A DNA stretch of 64,000 bases from an uncultured delta proteobacterium (GCA_963771465.1 CAVYTU010000015.1:64001-128000), one strand, 5' to 3'. Shown: positions 38,592-48,426, counted from the stretch's first letter. The notes: generated by a model from the sequence alone, not told the origin. Numbers and translations are program-made.

Positions 38592-39707
38592 TCACTCCGG
38601 CGCGTCTTCCAACTGTTCGATGCCGCCCAGACCTAATTCGGCGTAAATGCTCGGCGCCGCGCTGAACAAAAGCGCCGGGCTATCGCCGAGAGAAAAATGC
38701 TGGTGCGTAGTCATCGTCGGGATACAGATCAGATCGCCCTGCTCCCAGTTCCAACGCTCGCCGTCATGGATGTCGTAGCCTTTACCCTCAAGCACGAGAA
38801 TCAATTCTTCCGCTACATGCCGGTGCTGCCCGGAACGGCTGCCCGAATCGATCTGCTGGAAATAAATCCACGCATGATTGGTCGCGGTTTGCGTATGCGG
38901 ATGAACCATCCATTTAATTTTTCCTTGGCGGGTTTGCTCCCAAGGCTCTTTGGTATCGCGCGCGACGTGATCCACCTTGCGGCAGAAGTCCGCCTCGTCA
39001 TGCATGAGCTTGAGGTAGCGGTCATAGGTGCTTTCCACCGAGCCGTTGAATGAACCCGCCGTCCGGCGCGCCTGAAAGCTCGCTTCGCGATTGGGTTCCG
39101 TACCGAGAATGACTTCGATATCCTCGGTGATGCCGAGCACGCCTTTCTTGATTCGGTATCCTTTCAGTACGCCGTCTTCGCCGTAGATCGGCTCGGTGCC
39201 GTCGCGGAAAGTCGGCTTCTCGTTGAGCTTATGCTGCTCGCGCCAGGTGAGGCCCATGAGATTGCCCACCCGGCCGGTCTCAGGCACGTAGATCGTGCAG
39301 CCGATATCTTTGTCGCCGCCATGCTGATGCATGGTGTAGGGCGGCACGATGAGCAGATCGTAGGCTTCGAAATTGTAAGTTTCGCCGTCGTTCCACTCCC
39401 AGCCTTTGCCGGTAACGCAAAATAATGTCGGCGCGCCAATATGGCGATGCATGCCTCGTACCGGCGCCTGCGGCGCCACCCGAGTGAAATGGCTGGTCAT
39501 GCAGTAGAACGGCCCACGGGTCAGCATGTCGTAGCAAACATGGTCGCCGGTCTGGTGCGGACTATCCATGCCCATCACCGTCGGCTGCATCGGCAATTGC
39601 TTCAAAACATGCGGCAATGAACGCGCCTTGGCGTCTTCCTGCTGCTGATAGACGAAACGCTTGATCTGATCGGGCTCACGCTGAACTTCACGCCATGGCT
39701 CAAGCAT
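38592..39707 (-). CDS. Bicupin protein (paralog A)
   Basis: ATG 39707 (MLEPW) follows GAGG; RGMHRH...HQH and SGQHRHVAEE...HQHF. Confidence 0.88.
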   Translation of the reverse strand: MLEPWREVQREPDQIKRFVYQQQEDAKARSLPHVLKQLPMQPTVMGMDSPHQTGDHVCYDMLTRGPFYCMTSHFTRVAPQAPVRGMHRHIGAPTLFCVTGKGWEWNDGETYNFEAYDLLIVPPYTMHQHGGDKDIGCTIYVPETGRVGNLMGLTWREQHKLNEKPTFRDGTEPIYGEDGVLKGYRIKKGVLGITEDIEVILGTEPNREASFQARRTAGSFNGSVESTYDRYLKLMHDEADFCRKVDHVARDTKEPWEQTRQGKIKWMVHPHTQTATNHAWIYFQQIDSGSRSGQHRHVAEELILVLEGKGYDIHDGERWNWEQGDLICIPTMTTHQHFSLGDSPALLFSAAPSIYAELGLGGIEQLEDAPE

Positions 39708-39766
39708 AGTATTTACCTCTGCCAAATTTGAATATTCACAACGGATCCCCCAAGCTTGGGGCCTGT

Positions 39767-40780
39767 CTACAACCCCAACGTCGCCGGCGCGAACAGCTCT
39801 TCGAGTTTGAACTTGTTCTTCGTCAGCCCCTGCTCGTGCGAAAAATCGACGATGGTTTGCAACATATTTTTATTCGCCTTGATACCGTAGGGGAACGGAT
39901 CGTTGCCGAAAATCGCGCGCGTCTTGGCCAAATATTCATCGCGGAATATCAGACCGCTGGGAATGCTATCTTTGAAACGCTCTTGCCAATACTCTTTGCT
40001 CGCGACAAGCGCTTTGTAGAGATTAAATGCCAGCCAGGGATATTTGCGGTCGATGTCGCCGCGAATGATATAGGCATGGTTTGCCGGGACGTAACCGTGT
40101 TTTTTGAAATAACGTGTTCCCTCTTCGATGATATCGGGGAATAGCGGCTTCACCTTGCTCCAGTCGCCGCCGCGGGCGCGAATCTGCGTGGAGCGGTCGA
40201 CGATGTTGCTCTCACGCGAAAAGGCGCGGTGCACAGACGCCACGTCAAGCTCATTGTTGACCATCATCGATGCCAGGCTCTTGTCGTTGGGGATCCGGTG
40301 GAACTTGATTCCCGGCGGCGGCGTAAAGCCGGTGGCGCCGCCGTGGCTTAGTTCTTCGCTTCGTTCCATGTACCAATCGACCTTGTACTGCGATACGCCG
40401 AAATCATGCTCCAATATACCGCGCACCCATAAGGACGCGGTTTGCTGATACTCGCCCACGCCGATGCGCTTGCCGACGATGTCTTCCGGCTTCTTGATGC
40501 CTGAATCGACGTGGTAGGAAAGCTGGCAATGCATGAAGCGACGCGATGGGAAGACGGGAATCGCAATCATGTCCATGCCGTTCGACTTGGCAATCAGATA
40601 CGATGACAGTGACATTTCCGCAATCTCGAACTCCTGAAAGTTGAGCTGGCGCCAGAAGGTTTCCGACGGATCGGAGTAAGTCGTGATCAGCTCAGCGCCT
40701 TCGATGGGCACCGCGCCATTGATTACCGGCTCAACCCGCTCGTTTTCACCGGTGATGAAACTAAATTGCAATTTGGCCAT
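39767..40780 (-). CDS. 4,5-dihydroxyphthalate decarboxylase (Pht5/OphC)-like protein
   Basis: P.ETFWR...FEIAEMSLSSY, AIPVFPSR.F, GKRIGV.EYQQTA..W.RG.L and PYG...N motifs; no signal peptide. Confidence 0.8.
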   Translation of the reverse strand: MAKLQFSFITGENERVEPVINGAVPIEGAELITTYSDPSETFWRQLNFQEFEIAEMSLSSYLIAKSNGMDMIAIPVFPSRRFMHCQLSYHVDSGIKKPEDIVGKRIGVGEYQQTASLWVRGILEHDFGVSQYKVDWYMERSEELSHGGATGFTPPPGIKFHRIPNDKSLASMMVNNELDVASVHRAFSRESNIVDRSTQIRARGGDWSKVKPLFPDIIEEGTRYFKKHGYVPANHAYIIRGDIDRKYPWLAFNLYKALVASKEYWQERFKDSIPSGLIFRDEYLAKTRAIFGNDPFPYGIKANKNMLQTIVDFSHEQGLTKNKFKLEELFAPATLGL

Positions 40781-40893
40781 GGTTATTTACCTCCTGTGCT
40801 TTCGCTTCCTGGGTCAGATGATTGTCCGTCTATGGAGAATCACATGGCTTCCGATATCCGCTCTCCGACACCGACGCGTCATTCTCACCGGCC

Positions 40894-41994
40894 TCACTTT
40901 ATCTCGTTAACCAGCTTCTTCACCACGTCGCGATCCCAGACATCAGGCCCCCACAGCCGCTGGTATTTTACATTTTTCTGCCGGTGCGCCCAGGCAGGGA
41001 AGTCATCTTTGGGAATGTCTTCGCGTAAAGAATTGGGACCCGGGTCGTTTGGCTCGCCCTTCTGGACGGCGATCTGTCCCTCGCGCGAGAGAAACCAGTT
41101 GATCATCACCTTGGCGGCGTTTGGATGGGGTGCCTTGTTCAATAGCGCGATCATCGTCCCGCCAGCTTCCATCGCCACGCCTTCTTTCGACATCGCATGG
41201 GGATCCATCACGTCTACCGGCAGGCCCTGCTTCTTGGCTTCGTCGACTTCGGTCGCTTTAGCCGTGATCGCAATCGGCACTTTTCCCGACGCGATCCAGT
41301 CGGTCTGTTGGCGCTCGTCGCGCACTAAAGTAAGCCCGCCGACGGTTATAAGTTTTTTCAAATACTCCTGGCCCAAACTCGGATTATAGTAGAGAAACAG
41401 TAGCGGGCTAGCACCCCCTGGGTCGTTGGGATCCTTCGCGCTGACCTTGCCTTTCCATTTCGGGTCGAGCAGATCCCAGAACGATGTCAGACTTTTTGGA
41501 TCGACCAGCTTGGTGTTATAAGCCACCATGCGCAGAGGAAAGGCGGCGTAGATGAAAATGTAACGGTTCTCACCGTCATTATAATGATGCTTGCCGTCAA
41601 ACCATTTCGAAGCATCTTTCACCTCGGGCATGATCAGCGCCGGGGGGATCGGATCAAAGGCCTTGGCATTCAACATCGTCATCGCCGTGCCGCCGCCCGT
41701 TCGGACAACGTCGGCGAGATATTTTCCCGCACGCCGCTCAGCCATAATGCGCTGCAAGATTTGCGACCCGCTGCCGGTGATCAAATTGAGTTTGATCTTG
41801 GGATATCTTTTCTGGAAAGCATGGAACTCGGCATCCGTGGCCAGCTTGTAAACGGTGACTTGCCCTTCCTGCTCCGCCGCCTTAACTGTCCGCTCCCATT
41901 CATCGCCTGGCGAACTTACCGCCGCCGCAAAGCTCGTCCCATGCAGCAAGAACGTGGATAAACTAAGCGCCACCAGGCTTCTGAGAAGCATCAT
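40894..41994 (-). CDS. Extracellular solute-binding protein (AfuA/FbpA-like)
   Basis: Signal peptide, W..TVKAAEQEG, DLLDPKWKGK and APHPNAAKV.INWFLSREGQ motifs. Confidence 0.9.
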   Translation of the reverse strand: MMLLRSLVALSLSTFLLHGTSFAAAVSSPGDEWERTVKAAEQEGQVTVYKLATDAEFHAFQKRYPKIKLNLITGSGSQILQRIMAERRAGKYLADVVRTGGGTAMTMLNAKAFDPIPPALIMPEVKDASKWFDGKHHYNDGENRYIFIYAAFPLRMVAYNTKLVDPKSLTSFWDLLDPKWKGKVSAKDPNDPGGASPLLFLYYNPSLGQEYLKKLITVGGLTLVRDERQQTDWIASGKVPIAITAKATEVDEAKKQGLPVDVMDPHAMSKEGVAMEAGGTMIALLNKAPHPNAAKVMINWFLSREGQIAVQKGEPNDPGPNSLREDIPKDDFPAWAHRQKNVKYQRLWGPDVWDRDVVKKLVNEIK

Positions 41995-42093
41995 AAGACT
42001 TCTTCTCCTTTGAAGTTCGATATATGCATTTCATCACCAATATCCATTGCAGTAAAGCCGCAACCGAAACTGGAAGTCGGCGTACTTAAACCA

Positions 42094-42762
42094 TCACTCG
42101 CCCTTGAAACCGCCAACAATCGCCGTATTGGTCTCACGCCAGAAACAATCGATGTCACGAAAACCGGCGCGCTTGAGCAGGCTAAACTGCTGCGCCAGAC
42201 TCGGCGCGGCGCCGTCCATTTTCGCTGCGTGGCCGCGGGTTTTAATTTGCAGCTCGCGGAAGTGTCGGCGCAAAGCCGGCGTTGCAAAGTTAACCCGCTC
42301 GATATTCATGAAGACGCCGCCGGGACGGAGTAATTCATGAACCTGACCGTACACCGGACCGATGAGCTTGAGTTTGCGCAGATTGTGGATCGCCCGTGCG
42401 CTCACCACCGCGTCCAACTGCCGCGGCAAGTTCGTAATCCAATTCTCCGCGCCAAAATCAGCCTGCGCGTAACTTACTCTGTCGCCGTAGGATGCCAGAC
42501 GTTGACGCGCGAGCTTCAGCATCTCATCGGAGCCATCCGAGCAAATGACGTGCATATCGGGAAACGTCGCGAGCAATTTCTCCGCCAATGTCCCAGGACC
42601 GCAACCCAGATCCATTACGCGAGATTGTCCGCCGACAAACACCGACAGCCAACTGAGCGCAGCGGTAAATTGCGCTTCGCGCTCCGCCGCGCGCCGGCTA
42701 TCCTTGTCGACCCATTCTTGGTCATACTGTTGCGAGCCCCACTCATGTTCGCTTTTCGCCAT
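42094..42762 (-). CDS. Class I SAM-dependent methyltransferase
   Basis: VMDLGCGPG, DAVVSARAIH and LRPGGVF motifs; ATG 42762 follows GGAG. Confidence 0.88.
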   Translation of the reverse strand: MAKSEHEWGSQQYDQEWVDKDSRRAAEREAQFTAALSWLSVFVGGQSRVMDLGCGPGTLAEKLLATFPDMHVICSDGSDEMLKLARQRLASYGDRVSYAQADFGAENWITNLPRQLDAVVSARAIHNLRKLKLIGPVYGQVHELLRPGGVFMNIERVNFATPALRRHFRELQIKTRGHAAKMDGAAPSLAQQFSLLKRAGFRDIDCFWRETNTAIVGGFKGE

Positions 42763-42926
42763 CTTACACTGCTCCAATCAGTTAACCTTGAGCCACACTC
42801 CGCCTTGGCCCATGCCAACAGCGCGCTGAAAAGCGCGAAGTTTTCGTCATCTATTTAAGCCCTGTGTTTGGCTCCAGTTCCTTCCGCAGCCGCTCAGGAC
42901 AAGCTTTGCGACTAATCCGACCAATT

Positions 42927-44024
42927 TCAGCGCGTCACCTGACAGTGATCGGGCGGCACGTGAACGTAGACCTGTTCACCGGGCTGAAATAGTTCATGGG
43001 GGCTCAGCAGGGCGCGGAAGATTTTGCCTTTGATCAGCACTTCGCCGTCGATAAAGCTGCCCAGGAACAGTGAGCGCTTAATCGTTCCCTCAAAACAATT
43101 ATCGACAAACTTGCTGCGCTCGTGGGAGCACATCAATGCTTCGGGGCGAATTACGACAAAGACCGAATCGTTGACGTTCACTTCTTCGTTTTTGCTGAGA
43201 TCCACCAAGATCGGCCCGAGCTCGGTATCCACCGAGCCCTTGTCACCGGTTATGGTCACTCGTCCTTGGAGCGCGTTGGCAGTACCGAGAAACTCAGCCA
43301 CCAGTTTGTTCTTGGGCCGTACGTACATTTGATACGGCGTACCCACCTCGACCAACTCGCCATTCATGATCACACCGACGCTGTCCGATAGCGCCAGCGC
43401 CTCGGTCTGGTCGTGGGTGACAAAAAACGTCGTGATACCGACGGCGCGCGCCACTTCCTTTAACTCAACGCGCATCTCCTCGCGTAGCTTGGCGTCTAGA
43501 TTGCTGAGCGGTTCGTCGAGCAAGAGCAGTTTGGGTTTGCGCACCAGCGCGCGCGCCAGGGCGACACGCTGTTGTTGACCGCCGCTCAATTGAGTCGCCG
43601 GCCGACTGGCGTAGCCGCCCATTTGCACTTGAGCTAAAGCCTCGTTTACGCCTTTTTCGACGTCAGCTTTTGAATGTTTTTTTCCTTTGGCGCCGTAGAG
43701 CAATGGGAACGCCACGTTGTGAAACACGTCCATGTGCGGCCAGATGGCGTAGGATTGAAACACCATGCCGATGGGCCGCTGTTCGGGCGGTACGAGAATC
43801 TGCCGTTTAGCCGAAAAGACGCACTCGCCGCCGATGTGAATCTCACCGTCTTCGGGCTGCTCCAAGCCGGCGATGCAGCGCAACGTCGTGCTCTTCCCCG
43901 AGCCGCTGGGCCCGAGCAAAGTGAAAAATTGTCCCTCGGCGATATCGATGTTCACGTCCTGCACGGCGCGCACCTCGCCCTTGTCAACCACGAAGCTTTT
44001 TCTCAAGTTGTCGATTCTTAGCAT
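42927..44024 (-). CDS. ABC ATP-binding protein (FbpC/PotA-like, with TOBE domain)
   Basis: GPSGSGKST, LSGGQQQ, LLLDEP and VTHDQ motifs. Confidence 0.93.
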   Translation of the reverse strand: MLRIDNLRKSFVVDKGEVRAVQDVNIDIAEGQFFTLLGPSGSGKSTTLRCIAGLEQPEDGEIHIGGECVFSAKRQILVPPEQRPIGMVFQSYAIWPHMDVFHNVAFPLLYGAKGKKHSKADVEKGVNEALAQVQMGGYASRPATQLSGGQQQRVALARALVRKPKLLLLDEPLSNLDAKLREEMRVELKEVARAVGITTFFVTHDQTEALALSDSVGVIMNGELVEVGTPYQMYVRPKNKLVAEFLGTANALQGRVTITGDKGSVDTELGPILVDLSKNEEVNVNDSVFVVIRPEALMCSHERSKFVDNCFEGTIKRSLFLGSFIDGEVLIKGKIFRALLSPHELFQPGEQVYVHVPPDHCQVTR

Positions 44025-44065
44025 AGGTCTAATCTCCAATACTCAATTGTTACCGCCATATTGTT

Positions 44066-45232
44066 TTACCATGGGCCGCACGTTTGCTGACTGAGTCGCA
44101 CGTCGCGTTTTTCCCGATCCGATTCGAGAATCGCCAGACAGACCTCGAGAGTCGCCTTGGCCCATCGACCATCCGGATAAAGCTTTTTCGGTTCAGCGAT
44201 CGCTTCACGCAACGCTAGCAGCGCACCGGTCACAGAAGGTCTTCCCTTGCCGGGATAGCTCGAACAAGAAATCTCCTGGCAGCCCGCCGCGGTGTAAACA
44301 TAAAGCCCGCTCTGGGATTGGCGCAGATCGCCCTTTTCGCAGCTCACTAATGTAAAGCCATAAAACGGTTGGCCTTTACCTTCCGGCGATCCGAAAAAAT
44401 AATCCCGCCGCGGCGCCGCCTGATACTTGGTCGCTTCGTCCGCCGCCGCGGTAAAACGCTCGTCAGTCGGCGGGCCGCCCGCAGTGCTCATGCCGTGGGT
44501 AAGCTCCCGCGTACTGAAAAAGCCATAGCCGTTCATCACCATGGTGACCGGCGTACCATCCGCCATTTCGATGAACGCGGTATAGTTGCCTTCGGTATCT
44601 TTGAAATTTACATCCCACCGGCCGGTCATAGCCCGCACGGTTTTCACCATGCCGCCACCGATGGCGCGAATGATGTCGGCCTGGTGCGGCGCTTGACGAA
44701 AGACGACACCGCCGCCGGCATCCGTGCTGAGTTCGGAGGCCAGGCGCGCTTTACGCTGCAACCAGCCGCCGTACATCCAGGTGTTGATTTGAATCACTCG
44801 CCCGAGCTCGCCGCTGCGCACGATCTCCGCCATTTTTTTAACCGGCGGATCGTAAATGCGCGAGTGGCCGTAGACGAGCTTGACATTGGCCTTGTCCGCC
44901 GCGGTGATGAGAACATCAGAATCCGCCAGCGTGAGCGCCAACGGCTTCACGACGATGACGTGCTTGCGGTTGGCGATCGCCGCCAGCGCATTGGCAACGT
45001 GAAATTTGTTCGGCGTGGCGACGTAAACCACGTCCACCACGTCGCTGGCGCACATCTCGTCGACGCTGGTAAAACTATTCGTGCCGTATTTTTCATGGTG
45101 CGTGCGCAAGGCGTCCTGGCGAGTGTCCGCGATCGCGGTGAGTTCGAATCCCGGCAAACCGGGAACCGCCTGGACGACTTGGCCGCCGGCATCGCCCACG
45201 CCGGCAACGCCGACTCTTAGTGTTTGCGCCAT
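44066..45232 (-). CDS. Gfo/Idh/MocA oxidoreductase, phthalate 4,5-cis-dihydrodiol dehydrogenase-like
   Basis: GVGDAG, VATPN.FH, KP.A, GHS, GGGVVFRQAPHQ.D, TEGNY.A and DGRWAKATLEVC motifs. Confidence 0.85.
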   Translation of the reverse strand: MAQTLRVGVAGVGDAGGQVVQAVPGLPGFELTAIADTRQDALRTHHEKYGTNSFTSVDEMCASDVVDVVYVATPNKFHVANALAAIANRKHVIVVKPLALTLADSDVLITAADKANVKLVYGHSRIYDPPVKKMAEIVRSGELGRVIQINTWMYGGWLQRKARLASELSTDAGGGVVFRQAPHQADIIRAIGGGMVKTVRAMTGRWDVNFKDTEGNYTAFIEMADGTPVTMVMNGYGFFSTRELTHGMSTAGGPPTDERFTAAADEATKYQAAPRRDYFFGSPEGKGQPFYGFTLVSCEKGDLRQSQSGLYVYTAAGCQEISCSSYPGKGRPSVTGALLALREAIAEPKKLYPDGRWAKATLEVCLAILESDREKRDVRLSQQTCGPW

Positions 45233-45395
45233 AAATTCTTACAATCCCGCAATCGGCTCGCCCAAAAAAATTCAGCGATCCGTAATGTACCGATAATCAA
45301 CACCGCGTTAAACAAGCTGATGATTGCAATTACTAAACAAACAGATCGTGGTCAACCCTCATGCGGCCAGAATAACGGCGCTGCGAGGAGAAGCG

Positions 45396-46409
45396 CTACT
45401 TCGATGCGAGAATCTCGCGCCAGAAGTGACAGGCGACGGAATGCTCGTTTTCGACTTTTTCCAAGGCCGGACGTTGCTCGCGGCAACGCTGCTGCGCGTA
45501 GGGGCAGCGGGTGTGATAGCGGCAACCAGACGGCGCATCGAGGAGCCCAGGGATATCGCCCGCGGTGAAACGCACCGCCGCGTTGAGCTGCGCGCGCGCC
45601 GTGTGGTCGGGACGAAGCACGGAAGCGATGAGGCCTTTGGTGTAAGGGTGAAGCGGACGATCAAAAAGCGCGGCGGCCGGCGCGGTTTCGACGAACTGGC
45701 CGAGATACATGACCGCCACCCGATCGCTGAGCGAGCGCACCACGCCCAAGTTGTGGGCGACGAAGAGATAGGCGACGCCCAGATCTTCTTTCAATTCCTG
45801 CAAGAGATTTAAAATCTGTGCTTGGATCGAGACGTCGAGAGATGAAACCGGCTCATCACAGACGACGAATTTCGGCCGCGTCACCAGCGCCCGCGCGATA
45901 CCGACGCGTTGCTGCTGCCCGCCGCTCAGCTGCGCCGGCCGCTGATTGAAATAGGACGACGCCAACCCAACCTGCCCGAGCATTTCCCGCGCCCTCCGTC
46001 TGCGCTCGTCGCGCGCCGCCAATCGATGCACGCGCAGCGGCTCTTCGACGATCCGTCCAACGCTCCAACGCGGGTTGAGCGAACCGCGCGGGTCTTGAAA
46101 GACGATCTGCATTTGCCGGCGCATGGAGCGAAGGGCCGAGCCTGCCAGTTGGGTTAAGTCTTGGCCGAGAAAGCTGACCTTGCCCGATGCCGGACGAATG
46201 AGCTGCAAAATGGCCCGTCCCAAACTCGACTTGCCGCAACCGCTTTCACCGACCAGGCCGAGCGTCTCGCCGGGGTAAAGTTCAAACGAAACCTTATCCA
46301 CCGCTGTCAACACGCGATTGGGCCCAAGTGAATACCGCACTTCCAAATTTTCCACCGAAAGCAGCGGCTCACTTTTGGCATTATTAGTAAGGGGAATTGC
46401 ATCACTCAT
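45396..46409 (-). CDS. Peptide/nickel ABC ATP-binding protein (DppF/OppF-like)
   Basis: GESGCGKS, LSGGQQQ, LHPYT and C-terminal GCRYHTRC...ACH. Confidence 0.92.
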   Translation of the reverse strand: MSDAIPLTNNAKSEPLLSVENLEVRYSLGPNRVLTAVDKVSFELYPGETLGLVGESGCGKSSLGRAILQLIRPASGKVSFLGQDLTQLAGSALRSMRRQMQIVFQDPRGSLNPRWSVGRIVEEPLRVHRLAARDERRRRAREMLGQVGLASSYFNQRPAQLSGGQQQRVGIARALVTRPKFVVCDEPVSSLDVSIQAQILNLLQELKEDLGVAYLFVAHNLGVVRSLSDRVAVMYLGQFVETAPAAALFDRPLHPYTKGLIASVLRPDHTARAQLNAAVRFTAGDIPGLLDAPSGCRYHTRCPYAQQRCREQRPALEKVENEHSVACHFWREILASK

Positions 46410-46422
46410 GGTTGCAATCGGA

Positions 46423-46510
46423 TTTCTCACCCTAAAGGACACGAAGAGCACGAAGTTCGGTGAAATATTTTCCCGAACTCTTCGTATCCTTCCTGATCTT
46501 CGTGATGAAA
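46423..46510. repeat. Inverted element of 9-bp units (CACGAAGnn / CTTCGTG)
   Basis: tttctcaccctaaaggacacgaagagcacgaagttcgg ... ccgaactcttcgtatccttcctgatcttcgtgatgaaa; related sequence at 38515-38535. Confidence 0.7.
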
Positions 46511-46517
46511 AATATCT

Positions 46518-47522
46518 TCACTCTTTCTCCGCCGCTGCCGCCGCAAAACGTTCTTCCGCCAGCCAACAGGCGCTCACGTGATGGTTGCCGAAATCGTGTA
46601 CCGGTGGATCGTCGCTGTGACAGCGCTCGGCGGCAAACTCACAGCGCGCGCTAAAGCAGCAGCCGCGCGCAACTCCAAAGACCGGCGCGGGTTGTCCCGG
46701 AATCGGTGCGAGCCTACGTTCAACCGGTGCATCGATGCGCGACACTAAACGCAACAGCGCGGCTGTGTAGGGATGATTGGGACGGGTAAGAATCTCTTCT
46801 ATGTGGCCTCTTTCCACCACCCGTCCGCCGTACATCACCTGGGCGAAGTCGCAGGTCGCCGCGATCACGCCGAGATCATGACTGATCATGATCAATGCCA
46901 TACCCAACTCGTCGCGCAGGCGATTGAGCAGCATCAGTACTTGCGATTGCACGGTCACATCGAGCGCGGTGGTGGGCTCGTCGGCGATGAGCAGTTTCGG
47001 TTCACATGCGATGGCGATGGCGATCATGATGCGCTGGCGCATGCCGCCGCTAAATTGTTCCGGCAGATCGTCGTAACGGCGCGCCGGCTCGCCGATGCCG
47101 ACCAGCTCCATCAATTCTTGAGTACGCGCGCGCGCCACCGGCTTCTTTAAACCGCGATGGTAACGCAGCGTCTCGGCGATCTGCTCGCCGACCGGCATGA
47201 CCGGATTGAGCGACGTCAGCGGATCCTGAAATACCATGGCGATTTTGCTGCCGCGGATATGGCGAAGGTCAGCTTGGGAAAGTTTGAGCAAATCGACGCC
47301 GTCAAACAGAATCTCGCCGCTGACGACGACTTTATCGAGCAGCCCGAACAAGCGGAGAATGCTCAACGCAGTAACGCTTTTGCCGCTGCCACTTTCGCCG
47401 ACGATGCCAATGGCGGCGCGATGGTGCAGCGCAAAAGAGACGCCGTCGACGGCGCGGAGAATTCCATTGGCAGTACTGAACTGCGTGCACAGATTCTTGA
47501 CTTCGAGCAGCGCGTCGCTCAT
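46518..47522 (-). CDS. Peptide/nickel ABC ATP-binding protein (DppD/OppD-like)
   Basis: GESGSGKS, FSGGMRQR, ADEPTTALD and HPYT motifs; ATGA overlap with the upstream permease. Confidence 0.92.
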   Translation of the reverse strand: MSDALLEVKNLCTQFSTANGILRAVDGVSFALHHRAAIGIVGESGSGKSVTALSILRLFGLLDKVVVSGEILFDGVDLLKLSQADLRHIRGSKIAMVFQDPLTSLNPVMPVGEQIAETLRYHRGLKKPVARARTQELMELVGIGEPARRYDDLPEQFSGGMRQRIMIAIAIACEPKLLIADEPTTALDVTVQSQVLMLLNRLRDELGMALIMISHDLGVIAATCDFAQVMYGGRVVERGHIEEILTRPNHPYTAALLRLVSRIDAPVERRLAPIPGQPAPVFGVARGCCFSARCEFAAERCHSDDPPVHDFGNHHVSACWLAEERFAAAAAEKE

Positions 47523-48418
47523 GCCGCGCTGCCACTGGTCGCGGCGAAACGGCGCGACAGCATATTTAACGCTAACACGGTTAGCCCGAGCATAATGCCC
47601 GGCATAATCGCCAACCACCACGCCACCGCGAGATAAGCGCGTCCGCGCGCGATCAAGAGTCCCCAGGTCGTCGCCGGCGGCTGCACGCCGACGCCGAGAA
47701 AACTAAGTCCCGCCTCGGCAAGCATGACGTGGCCCAATTCAATGACGGCGAGCACGGCGATGCGCGGCGCCATGTTGGGAAGAATGTTCGACCAGAGTAT
47801 CGTCCAATCGGTGGCGCCGGTCGCCACCGCCGCTTCGACGAATAGACAACCGCGCAACCGTAATGTTTCGGCGCGCACCATGCGGGCGAAGGCGGGCCAA
47901 ATCAATGTTGGGAGAATCATTACCACGTTGAGCACTGTCGGTCCCAACACGGTCAAGAAAAAAATCGCTACCAGAAACATCGGCATGGCGGTCTGCGCTT
48001 CACTGAGCCGCATGACGAAACGGTCCACCGCGCCGCCGTAATAACCGGCGACTAGGCCTAAAGCGACACCGATTGCCATGCCGATGAAGTTGCTGATGAG
48101 ACCGATGAAGAGGGTTAAGCGCGCCCCGGCGATCATGTTCGACAACAGATCGCGGCCCAGTTGATCGGTGCCAAGCCAATGAAAGCCCCGGCTCGATAAA
48201 GATAACGGCGGCATCAAGCGCGCCAACACCTGCTGCGCCGTCGGATCGTAAGGCGCAAGTTGTGCGCCGGTCACGGCGAACAAGGTAACGACCACCAAGT
48301 ATCCGAGCCAGACAACTAAGCCCCAGCTCAGAAAAAGCCGGAGTGATGCAGTGTTGGAGCGTTGCAATAATCCACTCAAACCCCAAGACTCGATGACTTC
48401 ATCACGCCATTTTCCCAT
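47519..48418 (-). CDS. Peptide ABC permease (DppC-like)
   Basis: HWLGTDQLGRD, FVEAA..TGA and EAGLSFLG.G..PP..TWG motifs. Confidence 0.88.
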   Translation of the reverse strand: MGKWRDEVIESWGLSGLLQRSNTASLRLFLSWGLVVWLGYLVVVTLFAVTGAQLAPYDPTAQQVLARLMPPLSLSSRGFHWLGTDQLGRDLLSNMIAGARLTLFIGLISNFIGMAIGVALGLVAGYYGGAVDRFVMRLSEAQTAMPMFLVAIFFLTVLGPTVLNVVMILPTLIWPAFARMVRAETLRLRGCLFVEAAVATGATDWTILWSNILPNMAPRIAVLAVIELGHVMLAEAGLSFLGVGVQPPATTWGLLIARGRAYLAVAWWLAIMPGIMLGLTVLALNMLSRRFAATSGSAA

Positions 48419-48426
48419 GACTTTTC

